DNA from: Verrucomicrobiales bacterium
Lineage (GTDB): Bacteria > Verrucomicrobiota > Verrucomicrobiia > Verrucomicrobiales > V1-33
Direction of reading: 5' to 3'
Assembly: GCA_031411295.1 (NCBI GenBank)
Contig: JANOAV010000174.1
Coordinates: forward strand, 1 to 64,000
DNA: 64,000 bases
The notes under the pieces were generated by a model. It worked only from the letters and a program-made list of their open reading frames with translations, did no database searches and was not told where the DNA came from. Positions within the stretch are counted from its first letter, which is position 1; the number at the start of each line of letters is the position of its first letter. Of the stretch, positions 20,412 to 29,700 are shown in pieces. The translations under genes and the position numbers were made by a program.

Positions 20412-21140
20412 TTAGTCCTCACTCCTCGCTTCGGATTCCAAGAATTTTTTGAGATCTAACACTAAACCATACCTCTCGAAAAAGAAATTCACATTCGAGT
20501 TACCGCTGAGGCGATGAGTCTGTTCTGGTCTGTCGGCCCGATATTTGGCCTCAGCAAAAATGGACGTAGATGATCTGCTAGCAACTAATTCAGTATCGAA
20601 ATTACCAGCGCTCATGGCGGGGTCGAGCAGAAGGCAAGGCAGGATGCGTGTCGCAATTTCATCCGATGTCGTGCTAGAAATTTCCTCCCTAAGGGTATTT
20701 AGAGCTGCGAGCTGAAATTCAGGATACTTTGGAATAAAAAATATGCGGCTCGATAAGAATCTTCCAATGGATTTCTCGTGGTTTTGGACTAATGCAATGA
20801 ATCGCAGAACCGCAGCCTTTATTGATTCAACTTGTGTGAGACTCAAATCCAATGCCACTATCAATTCCAAGGGTAAGAAATTTTCATTCCATCCAAAAAC
20901 GGTGTAAGATCCACGGGCTGTTACCGCTAACTCATAGTCGAGATACATTTGATGATCCGCGCTAGAAATTAGTGGGGGGGATGAGGCAAGATTTGTGCCA
21001 TGGTCTGAGATAGATGTTTGGAGAGTTATAGCAGACTTTGCTCTTTCCACCGTGTGTGCCCCGCTACCCGAAGCACACAGATAACTAATGGTAATTAATT
21101 CCAGCAAATGTGTGAATACCGATAACGTTACCAATTTCAT
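20412..21140 (-). CDS. cassette-2 partner A, N-terminal membrane anchor/signal
   Basis: Start MKLVTLSVF at 21140, 1 nt after the upstream stop. Confidence 0.7.
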   Translation of the reverse strand: MKLVTLSVFTHLLELITISYLCASGSGAHTVERAKSAITLQTSISDHGTNLASSPPLISSADHQMYLDYELAVTARGSYTVFGWNENFLPLELIVALDLSLTQVESIKAAVLRFIALVQNHEKSIGRFLSSRIFFIPKYPEFQLAALNTLREEISSTTSDEIATRILPCLLLDPAMSAGNFDTELVASRSSTSIFAEAKYRADRPEQTHRLSGNSNVNFFFERYGLVLDLKKFLESEARSED

Positions 21141-21141
21141 A

Positions 21142-22107
21142 TTATGGTGTATTTTGCCACCGCTTGTCGGTGGGAACTGGGGCCAGTTGCTTGCCTGCTT
21201 TCTCAACCTTATAGCGGCGGTTCGGACCACTAATATTTTGCCCCTTAGGCTCAAAATAAAGTTCCCCTGAAGTGGTAGCCGAATTTAAGTGGTCCGACAC
21301 AAATGCAGTAGCTTCGCGAACGTTAAAGGTTTTTTCGACCCATTCCCCATTGGTGACTGCAAAATCTTCGCCATCTGAGTCATAACCATCTCCCTCCGCA
21401 GAACCGCAAGAGGCTGATTGATATAAAATAATGAATGCTTTCACGTTATTGGTTCCTGCCTGTGTTCCGGTCGTTTTGTATTTGCAGCTAACAGTAAGAA
21501 AGAGTTGCCCGTTTCCATTGGAGGACTTAACGAACGTAACATTGTCGAATTCGATTCTGCCTTTTTGTGTAATCTTGATTAACTCCTTTTTTGCAGAAGT
21601 TTTGTTCCCAACAAACTGAGCCCGCGCCGATACTTTCTCGACAATTCCGTCAATTCCATCTAAGACTTGATCGAGCGCATCTTTATAAGTTTGGCTTAAG
21701 CCCGCTCCCAAATTACTTACGATGTTGGTCCAAGTAATATCTGCGCTGTAGCTAAGCGCTTCACTAACGCCCTCTAGATATATTTTGAACTCATCCCACT
21801 TAATATCGCCCGATATTGCTTCGCTTGTGCCGTTATTTACTATAACGTCACAATCATTTATAGATACGGTCAAGGAAGCCCCTTCTTCACCCTCAATAAT
21901 TGCCTCCAAGCCTTCTGGACCATCATCTAGTGTAACAGCACCGGATGTAATAGTCGCTTGGAGACTAGGCATCCACACTTCGTTTAGGGCACCAACCACA
22001 GCCGCACTAGCAGCGCCCGTGCGTTTGAGAAACGTTCTGCGGGTCACATTCTGGACCGCAGACACGCGATCTTGATTCCCAAACGTATTTTTGTAACTCT
22101 CTCTCAT
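21142..22107 (-). CDS. cassette-2 Tat-exported protein of unknown function (candidate effector)
   Basis: MRESYKNT...TRRTFLKRTGAASAAVVG...SLQA leader; mature part unlike cassette 1. Confidence 0.75.
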   Translation of the reverse strand: MRESYKNTFGNQDRVSAVQNVTRRTFLKRTGAASAAVVGALNEVWMPSLQATITSGAVTLDDGPEGLEAIIEGEEGASLTVSINDCDVIVNNGTSEAISGDIKWDEFKIYLEGVSEALSYSADITWTNIVSNLGAGLSQTYKDALDQVLDGIDGIVEKVSARAQFVGNKTSAKKELIKITQKGRIEFDNVTFVKSSNGNGQLFLTVSCKYKTTGTQAGTNNVKAFIILYQSASCGSAEGDGYDSDGEDFAVTNGEWVEKTFNVREATAFVSDHLNSATTSGELYFEPKGQNISGPNRRYKVEKAGKQLAPVPTDKRWQNTP

Positions 22108-22366
22108 AGACTTATGGGTTATTTTTAGGTTGCTTCCGCGACAGTAGCCGTTAGAGAGGATTTCGTCAATCTTTTCTATCATTTTCTTTTCCATGGCAAA
22201 TTTAATCTACACACTGGCGTTAGAACAATCAGGAGCACCGGGGCATCGGATGCTGGGCAAGCTGTTGGCATCCAGTCTGTTACGCACGTTCTTTGATGGG
22301 GATGTGGTGGTGTTTCGGAATAGTGCGGCGGCGTATTTTCAAGTGGAGCGGCGCGGTTTGGCGGAG
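22001..22366. repeat. direct repeat copy 2
   Basis: Near-identical to 19280..19645. Confidence 0.95.
22141..22169 (-). promoter_or_regulatory. sigma70-type promoter for cassette 2
   Basis: Minus strand TTGACG-17 nt-TACTGT, same as copy 1. Confidence 0.6.
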
Positions 22367-23155
22367 GTGGAGGTGGAGGGACCGAGCGGAAAGTTCGAGT
22401 TGAATAGTTCGAGTTCGAGGAAGCAGGGCGGGAGCTTTGCGGTGGAGGCTTGGAATTGGAAGTATCGGGCGCGGAAGGAGTTGGATGTGCGGGGGTATGA
22501 CAAGGTGATGTATGTGGATGCGGATTGCCTGGCGCTGCGGAATGTGGATCATTTGCTGGAGGGCGATTGGGATATTGCTTACCAGCCACAGGCTCATGCG
22601 GTGCACTATAATGTGTTCAATGCCTTCCTAACGAAGGAGGAGATGGCGGAGTCTGCACGGGTAGCCGGAAGGGAGAAGGGGCGGCTCGCCCCTTCTGAGG
22701 CCGATGAGGCGAATGATTCGTCGGGGCGAGCCGCCCCGACTCCTTTGGGGGCTTGGCGCGGCATTAACGCGGGGACGTTTGCGGTGCGGAGCGGGATCTT
22801 TCATGAGGTGATGGATGAGTATGAACGCATTGACGCGACTAAACCGCTGCGAGATGGAAAATTCCACGAGCAGGGCGCGTGGAACCGCTTGATACGGGAT
22901 GTGCGGTCAGGGCATTCCGCGCTGGGCGGGGAACTGCCAGCTCCACTGCGGGGGCTGAAGATAAAACCATTTGAATCAGGTGAAATCATGTTTCCCATCG
23001 AACACGAAACAAACTACGCCACTTACAAGGACGCCTGCATGGTGCACGCGCTAGGCTTGGGTCTAAAGGACAAGATGCGGTTCTTGTTTGGGCTCTACAT
23101 GGGCACGTTCTTCTTCGATGAAAATGGGATGATGTTGAATCTTTTGGAAATGTAA
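22193..23155 (+). CDS. GT-A fold glycosyltransferase (GT8/nucleotide-diphospho-sugar transferase-like)
   Basis: YDKVMYVDADC DxD motif, INAGTF, EQGAWN, MVHALG. Confidence 0.75.
   Translation: MANLIYTLALEQSGAPGHRMLGKLLASSLLRTFFDGDVVVFRNSAAAYFQVERRGLAEVEVEGPSGKFELNSSSSRKQGGSFAVEAWNWKYRARKELDVRGYDKVMYVDADCLALRNVDHLLEGDWDIAYQPQAHAVHYNVFNAFLTKEEMAESARVAGREKGRLAPSEADEANDSSGRAAPTPLGAWRGINAGTFAVRSGIFHEVMDEYERIDATKPLRDGKFHEQGAWNRLIRDVRSGHSALGGELPAPLRGLKIKPFESGEIMFPIEHETNYATYKDACMVHALGLGLKDKMRFLFGLYMGTFFFDENGMMLNLLEM
22669..22745. repeat. REP-like inverted repeat inside coding sequence
   Basis: ggggcggctcgcccc (22678-22692) / ggggcgagccgcccc (22723-22737), perfect 15-bp arms. Confidence 0.8.
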
Positions 23156-23210
23156 CGAAGAGAATCAAGATCCGGCCCACAGTTCGCCATTTGAACCAAA
23201 TTTCCTAACC

Positions 23211-24929
23211 ATGTCCAGCTTCGACGAAACCTTTCCTCTGCAATACTACATCAACCTCGGACGTCGCGAGGATCGTCGGCGAGAGGCGATGAATGGATTT
23301 CTGGATGCGGGATTGGAGAACGTGCGGCGGTGGGCAGCCGTGGATGCGCGGCGGGTGAGGGATGCGCGCGGAAATGAAAATGCGGGACGGTATGCGCTGG
23401 CACTGACGGATCGAATGATTTTGCGGGAGGCGATGCTCAAGAAGGCAGAGGCGGTCATGATCTTTGAAGATGATGTGGTGCTGCATCCACAGTTTCAGCA
23501 ACGCTGGGCGGCACTGGAACTGCCGGAAGATTGGGGTGTGCTGTATCTAGGATGTCAGCATGTGCAGATGCCGCAGGTATGTGGCACGGGCGTCCCGCCC
23601 GTAAGCCTAGAGACGTCAGAGTCAGTGAAAACGTCTGGTGGTAAAATCACTTTGAATTCAGAGGGGCTTGGGGAAAGGGAAGCGGGTTTGGCTGATGGGC
23701 GGGACGCCCATGCCACAAGCTTGGTGCGGGTCACGCGGGCGCTGGATACCCAGGCGTTTGCAGTGCGGCGGAAATATTATCCGCTGGTGATTTCCGCGCT
23801 GAAAGGCTGCACGAAAGGAACCCCATGGAAAGTTCCACCGAGCGACCAACTGCTGGCTCGGTTGGCCGACACGGTGCCGATGTATGCGGCGTATCCGAAT
23901 CTGGCTTGGCAGCGGGTATCAGAATCGGATCTGGTAGGGAAGAACTACAGCAGTTACCACCCGAGCGGTGAGCAACGGGCGAGTTGGCATGTCATGGAAG
24001 GATTCTCAGCGGTGTATCACGGCGGGAAGGTCTGGAGCGGGATGGACTCTATTTCCGCTGCGGAGAAGTTTGCTAACGTGGGGACGAAGGTGGATGGTGG
24101 AACGAAAGGGAGTTGGGGCGGCTCGCCCCAACTGGAGGAAGGAATGAAGGAGCGAGCCGCTCCTTCTCCTTTGGCTAAAGTGGCATTTCTTTTTTTGACG
24201 ATTGGGGATCTGAATCAGGCGCAAGTGTGGAGTGAATATTTCGCAGGCAACGAGGCTATGATTAGCCGATATGCGCACGTGAAGTTTCCCCAGCGCGTGC
24301 AGACGCCTTGGCTGACGGAAGCTATCATATCGGAGCAGGTGGAGACAGAATGGGGTAAAATTTCCTTGGTGCAGGCCACATTAGCGTTGTTGAGGGCTGC
24401 TCTGGCGGATCAGAATAATGAGTGGTTCGTGCTGGCCTCGGATAGCTGTGCGCCCATCAGGCCATTTTGTCAGATGCGGCGGGAATTGGGGTTCGATGGC
24501 AGGAGCCGAATCTTTTGGGAATCCCACGCAGAGGTGGCGGCGCATCACCAAGATAAAGCGAAGCGAATCCAAGGGCTAAGATCGATCACGCCGATGTATG
24601 TTCGCTTTCACCCACAGTGGTGGTTGTTAAATCGGGAGGCGGCCACTGCGGCAGTGGAGGACGATTTCACGGCTCATTTTGCAAATGTTCCTGCACCAGA
24701 TGAAATGTATTTCGGCACGGTGCTGCGGATGAAGGGTTACCCTTTGGATGAACGTGTTTTGAAACGAGATATTACGAAAGTTTCGTGGACTGGTGCAAAC
24801 TCTCCACATCCGGTCACTTTCAGCAAATTGACGCGTTCTCAGGTAGCTGATTTTGCTAGTTCAGAATGCTATTTTGCTCGGAAATTTTCGCCCGGCTGTA
24901 ACCTGGCCGAGTGGGGGCTGCATCTATAG
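23211..24929 (+). CDS. fused glycosyltransferase: GT25-like N-terminus + core-2/I-branching (GT14/DUF266-like) C-terminus
   Basis: YYINLGRREDRR, IFEDDV, WGVLYLG; then KVAFLFLTIGDL, EWGKISLVQA, FVLASDSCAPI, PDEMYF, YFARKF. Confidence 0.82.
   Translation: MSSFDETFPLQYYINLGRREDRRREAMNGFLDAGLENVRRWAAVDARRVRDARGNENAGRYALALTDRMILREAMLKKAEAVMIFEDDVVLHPQFQQRWAALELPEDWGVLYLGCQHVQMPQVCGTGVPPVSLETSESVKTSGGKITLNSEGLGEREAGLADGRDAHATSLVRVTRALDTQAFAVRRKYYPLVISALKGCTKGTPWKVPPSDQLLARLADTVPMYAAYPNLAWQRVSESDLVGKNYSSYHPSGEQRASWHVMEGFSAVYHGGKVWSGMDSISAAEKFANVGTKVDGGTKGSWGGSPQLEEGMKERAAPSPLAKVAFLFLTIGDLNQAQVWSEYFAGNEAMISRYAHVKFPQRVQTPWLTEAIISEQVETEWGKISLVQATLALLRAALADQNNEWFVLASDSCAPIRPFCQMRRELGFDGRSRIFWESHAEVAAHHQDKAKRIQGLRSITPMYVRFHPQWWLLNREAATAAVEDDFTAHFANVPAPDEMYFGTVLRMKGYPLDERVLKRDITKVSWTGANSPHPVTFSKLTRSQVADFASSECYFARKFSPGCNLAEWGLHL
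23580..23717. repeat. 138-bp REP-doublet/MITE-like insertion, in frame
   Basis: Terminal inverted repeats tgtggcacgggcgtcccgcccgt / atgggcgggacgcccatgccaca (21 of 23 match). Confidence 0.85.
24105..24172. repeat. REP-like inverted repeat, same family as 22669..22745, in the interdomain linker
   Basis: aaagggagttggggcggctcgcccc ... ggagcgagccgctccttctccttt. Confidence 0.75.
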
Positions 24930-25102
24930 TGACGTCAACAAATTGAATTGGACCCCGAAAGGCGGCCAGAGCGCCCTCACTTAGATCTAAGCACATGCAC
25001 TGGAGGCGGGGGCGCGGGACGAGGGCATCCCACCTGCATGTTACCTTAAAGAAGGAAGAAATTCAGCTTCCTCCGCAACGAGCACGATGCTAGACCTTGA
25101 GG

Positions 25103-26368
25103 ATGAAAAATTTACTCCTTGTTCTGGTTGGCGTGGTGAGTGCGCTGGGAATTCCTCGCTTGGCTGCGGCCGATACTGCGGAAGCCTTAAAAGCCTTGGC
25201 TGTGGCCCAGGCCGCAAAGGATCTGCCAGGCGTCGAGGCTGCCGTCAAGCTGGGCATCGTTGCGTTGGGTGATAAAGTAGGGGTGCCGGAAGAAGCGAGT
25301 GAATTCGTGGAGCCCGACGAGGAGGTGAAGCCGCTGGCAGCGGATCAGGTGCCGGAACTGTTCAATCAGCCGCTGGCCTACATTCGGGAGCACGCTTGGT
25401 GGAAGCAAGCACGTCAAGGTGCAGATTGCCAAGCGCCCTTGCGGGCCGTGGCGTCCGTCGTCGAAGGCTGTCTGGCGGCTCGGGCGGCGGGGTGCGAGCA
25501 TCCCGAGGAGTTGCTGGCCGAGGCCAAGGCCGCAGCGGATTTCCTGGTCTTCGCCCAGAAAGCAGGTGGGCGTGACAATTTCCCGTTTCCCGGATGGCGG
25601 GAAAAAAAAGGTAAGTTAGGGGCGTTGGCGGAAAAGTTTCTCAGCAAGGCCGAAGCTGCGGGCAAAGTGGAGGAAGTGCTGCACGACGGCTGGATCATTG
25701 ATGATTTAAAGGCGGGCGATCTCTTTTTCGACAACGGCCTGGCTGGTGCAGCGCTGCTTGCCATGTATGAGGCCAGCAAGGACGAAGCGTATCTCGCCAG
25801 TGCCCGCAAAGCTGGAGAGTGGGCCATGACGCGCCCCTGCGTTCCTAACTGGAATTACAACAGCTTCAGCGTTCACCTTCTGGCAAATCTGCATCGGGTC
25901 ACCGGGGACGCAAAATACCTCACTGCCGCCAAAGAGATCTGCCGTCTGGGCATCCTTCCCGGCCAACTTAAGGAAGGTCCGCTGGCGGGACGGTGGGTGG
26001 ATCCTCACAATGCTAAATTGGTTTACCACTTTATTATTCTGCGCGGACTGATTAGCCTTCTAACCGAATTGCCGGAAGCCGATGCCGACCGACCGGCCCT
26101 AACGCAGGCCTTGAGCGCAGGCTTGAAAGTGCGCAATGCGGAGATCATCGCCCAAGGTGGCACCAGCCCGGACACGACTTTGGAAATTTATTGCCGATTG
26201 CTCTCAGACCGTCCTCGGTTTGGCGAAATCATCGCCCAGACCGAAACGGAAGCGGCCGCCAAAATGATCTTCCGCTCGGTCGTCGAAGAATTCAAAAATG
26301 AACATCCCACGGTCTCACCAGGTTCCTGGGGACGATATCTGTTATTGACGGCCCGTAAATCGAAGTGA
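25103..26368 (+). CDS. secreted alpha/alpha-toroid (six-hairpin glycosidase-like) hypothetical protein
   Basis: Signal peptide; DNGLAGAALLAMYEASKDEAYLASA and LHRVTGDAKYLTAA helical hairpin repeats. Confidence 0.65.
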   Translation: MKNLLLVLVGVVSALGIPRLAAADTAEALKALAVAQAAKDLPGVEAAVKLGIVALGDKVGVPEEASEFVEPDEEVKPLAADQVPELFNQPLAYIREHAWWKQARQGADCQAPLRAVASVVEGCLAARAAGCEHPEELLAEAKAAADFLVFAQKAGGRDNFPFPGWREKKGKLGALAEKFLSKAEAAGKVEEVLHDGWIIDDLKAGDLFFDNGLAGAALLAMYEASKDEAYLASARKAGEWAMTRPCVPNWNYNSFSVHLLANLHRVTGDAKYLTAAKEICRLGILPGQLKEGPLAGRWVDPHNAKLVYHFIILRGLISLLTELPEADADRPALTQALSAGLKVRNAEIIAQGGTSPDTTLEIYCRLLSDRPRFGEIIAQTETEAAAKMIFRSVVEEFKNEHPTVSPGSWGRYLLLTARKSK

Positions 26369-26413
26369 GGATGGGTTCTGCAGGGTGATCGCAACCTTAC
26401 AGCGACACCATCA

Positions 26414-26755
26414 ATGGAAAATCCCTACGAACCACCAGCCTCCGATACCGTCCCGTTCACCGTTAAGCGGATTCCGATTGAACGCCCAAGCCTGCCACTG
26501 CGGGGTAAAATTTGCTCCGCTTGTGGTAGTGGCAACACTGCGGACTCTTCCGTGCTGCGCTCCAAGCCGAGTCTTTTGTTCGTGCTCTTTTTTGGCTGGC
26601 TGTTCCTTCTGGTCAGAAGTGCGTTTTCGGTGCGGACCGCCTATTGTCGAGACTGTGGCGCGGCTACGCGATATAAAACAGGCGGTTCCAAGACCTCGAT
26701 TGTGATCCTGCTGCTTATAGTGCTGGGCATTGTTGCGAGGATCGCTACCGCTTGA
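26414..26755 (+). CDS. small membrane protein with NPY start and two CxxC motifs
   Basis: MENPYEPP; CSAC and CRDC flanking a TM segment; C-terminal TM. Confidence 0.7.
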   Translation: MENPYEPPASDTVPFTVKRIPIERPSLPLRGKICSACGSGNTADSSVLRSKPSLLFVLFFGWLFLLVRSAFSVRTAYCRDCGAATRYKTGGSKTSIVILLLIVLGIVARIATA

Positions 26756-26775
26756 TTTCCGTCGCCAACTCCAAG

Positions 26776-29700
26776 TTAATTTTGCAGCGTGATCCACAGG
26801 CGGATGAAGCGACGACTTGAGGTCTCCAATGGGTGGGTATCACGATAAACGTAGCTGGTGCTGCCGTCGGGATGCGGCGTGGTAGAGACCGGGACGACGT
26901 CGTTTCCGGGGGCACTCCAGTCGTTCAAATCAGCTCCCACTTGGGGTTGGACGGTGATTTTCTGGGTGTTGTTGGCCTTGCGGAATTCGATGCAGAGGTA
27001 GTTCAGGCCATTGATGTTTTGCAGCAAGGCCGTGGGACCGTCCGCTTGGCTGGCTTTCGGGGGCATGGCCAGCGCGAACTCGGTTAGGTTGGAGTAGCCG
27101 TCGTTGTCGGCATCGGCGGACGGTCCTGAAATCAAGGGGTTGGCGGCTTCGGTGGGCGTGAAACTGAAGTCGCGCCAGCGGTTGTAATCAGGCTGCTCCT
27201 GCTCAAGAAACAGCCCGCCGGGCAGAGCCGAGGCCGTCCAGTTGCTCGCCACGTTGTGATCTGGGTTGCTGGCGGGATTGATAAGGATGAGGGAGGCCCC
27301 GGTGCCGTCCGCTGTGGTGGGCCAGGGGGCTTTATCGTTATAGATAAATTGCTTCACGGTTAGGGCGGGGAGGCCGTTTCTGCGCAGCGCGACCGTTTCT
27401 CCGTTGTTGTCGAAATTTTTGGCATATTCCCCGGCAATCTTCGCATTGTATCCCGTGCCATAGCGCTGGCGGAAGGCGGCTAGATTTTTGACGAGAAATA
27501 CGGAGGTGCCGGGATCGAACGCCGGCACGGCGGTCACGGCAAAGTTGAAATCCACGCCAGCGATGAATTGCAAGGTGCGAAGATCCACCGGGCCATCGCT
27601 GATGTTTTGCAGGCGGATGAATTCGAAATCTTCCTTGTCCAGAAATCCTGCGCTGATCTCCGCTGCCGTTGGTGGCGCTGGATGATACATTAGTTCCGCC
27701 ACCACAATGTTGCCGTTGCTGGGTGGATCCGCATCCACCGTGAAGAGCGCTTCGGTGAGCGGGCTCCATTCGTTGTTGCCGGTATCTTTGATACGGCTCT
27801 TGATGGTGGTGAAGGCGTTATTCAGCGTGAAGGGGGTGCTGTAAGTTAGCGCAGTCGCATTTACGGCCCCGCCGGGGAGTCGAGGATCGCTGCCGTCCTT
27901 GGTGTAGTAAATGATGCGATTGGCTGGGGTCTGGGAGGTGGCGCTCTTATACGGATTGCTCTTGGTGCGATCATCATCAACCTCGGTATGCAGGATGGCC
28001 AACTGATACCCCAGCGGAACATTTCCGCCATGCTGGCCGAAGAGTGGTGGCTGTGGTGCGAGCCAGGTGCCTTGGGCGACAGCTAATTGATTGTTGCGCG
28101 CAGGCCAGATGTTCTCGCGGCTAAGTTGGTAGCCGTAATCCGCGGTGGACTGGAGAAAGGTGCCACGGTTGCCCACGCCGGGATCGCTGGTGAAAGCCAC
28201 GGGAATGGTAACGGTGGTGGCCGTGACGGCGGTAACGACAAACGTGCCGTTATATCCTGTCACGGTGGAGCCTGCGATGGTAAGGCTCAGGCCTGGGACT
28301 AACGTGTGCGTGCCTACGGTTACGGTGGTGCTGCCTGCGCCTCCGCTAGCATAACCGAGCACAGACGGTAGCCACGTGCCCCGATTCCCAGCGCCAGGAT
28401 CGGTGGTAAAGGTCACTGGGATCGTGGCCGTGGTGCCGGTGACTGCGGAAATGGTAAACGTTCCGTTATAAGCCGTCACTGTGGAGCCAGTGATCACGAT
28501 CTGCTGCCCCACGGTGCGATTGTGCGTGCCGAGATTCACGATCGTGCTAGAGGCTCCGCCCGTGGCATAACTGCCCACCGTGACCGCCGCCGCTCCGGAG
28601 GAAAGCACGGCTCCCCGGAAGAGGACATCGCGTTTATCCAGGGTGGGATTAACCCAGGAGGTAAAGAAGGACTGATTCAAGGTGGCTCCACCAGTGTAGG
28701 TGAAGATGGGCTGAAGCATATTTACCAAGGTATCTTTGTTAGCGGTTAGGCTGGCATCCGCCATCGCGCCATCGTTGCAGAAATGTTTGTTAATCCGGTC
28801 CGCCATGAGGAGCCGGAATTCCTGACTATTCTTGAGCCGGAAATACACGTGGCAAATTTCGCGTCCGGCGGTGGTGGGACTGGAAAGTAAATCCTGCGTG
28901 AAGACATTGTAGCCGAGTCCCTTGCTGAAGCCGCCGAAGGCCCCTTCCGCGTCCCAGACATAGAGTCGCCATTTCCCGGTGGCACTGCGTTCCCGACCCC
29001 AGGTGTAATTATTGTGCGGCCAATCGCCCGTGCCTGCCCAGGCATTCAACAAGGCATAGTCCGCATAGTTCACAGGATCGATCACATCCAGCACGGCCTG
29101 GAGTTTGGCGGGGTTAGTAAGATCCGCGCCATACGCGTTGAGGCGTGCCACCATGTCGTCGAAGGCCACGGAGTCTCCGTCCACCATGTCGGAGATGTAG
29201 CGCACGTCCCAGTCCTCATTGCTGTCATAATGCTTCTGCATGAACTCTTCCCGCAGGCGTTCCACGGCATTGTAGTAGCCGCGGAATTTGCCATTTACAT
29301 ACAGTGGGATAATGGTTCCCCACGAGGTCTTTTGCCCCATGAGTCCGAAGAGTCGGCGGCAGTATTCATCACGAATGAAGGGATCGCGAGGATCATTCTT
29401 CCCCGCGCGCAGCCGCAGGCTTTCGAATTTCTTGCGTTCATAGGTATCGCCCATGATAGGGTAGGAGAGCCCGTTCTGATCCCATTCATCACGGAAGAAT
29501 AAATTCAGCGAGGGCTTCTCGGCAAAGTTGGTGTAATTCCACGGCGCGCTGGTGATGGTGTTCAGCGTGTAGCGCGGCCGGGCGTGCGGGCTGCCACTAA
29601 CCCGCAGGCCAGCGGTCTGGCGAAATCCATCCTGTCCATTGGGAAAGCAATACTCCACCTCCACCGGACGCTCCCAGCCTTGTCCCGTAGAGGTGGAAAT

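Noticed and set aside
19280..22366. Direct repeat as IS ends, prophage att sites, CRISPR or DGR template/variable repeat
   Set aside because: No transposase, integrase, cas or reverse transcriptase; only two copies; differences are synonymous rather than adenine-specific
22901..22946. A further degenerate REP-like insert in the GT8-like gene
   Set aside because: Arms too degenerate to support by eye
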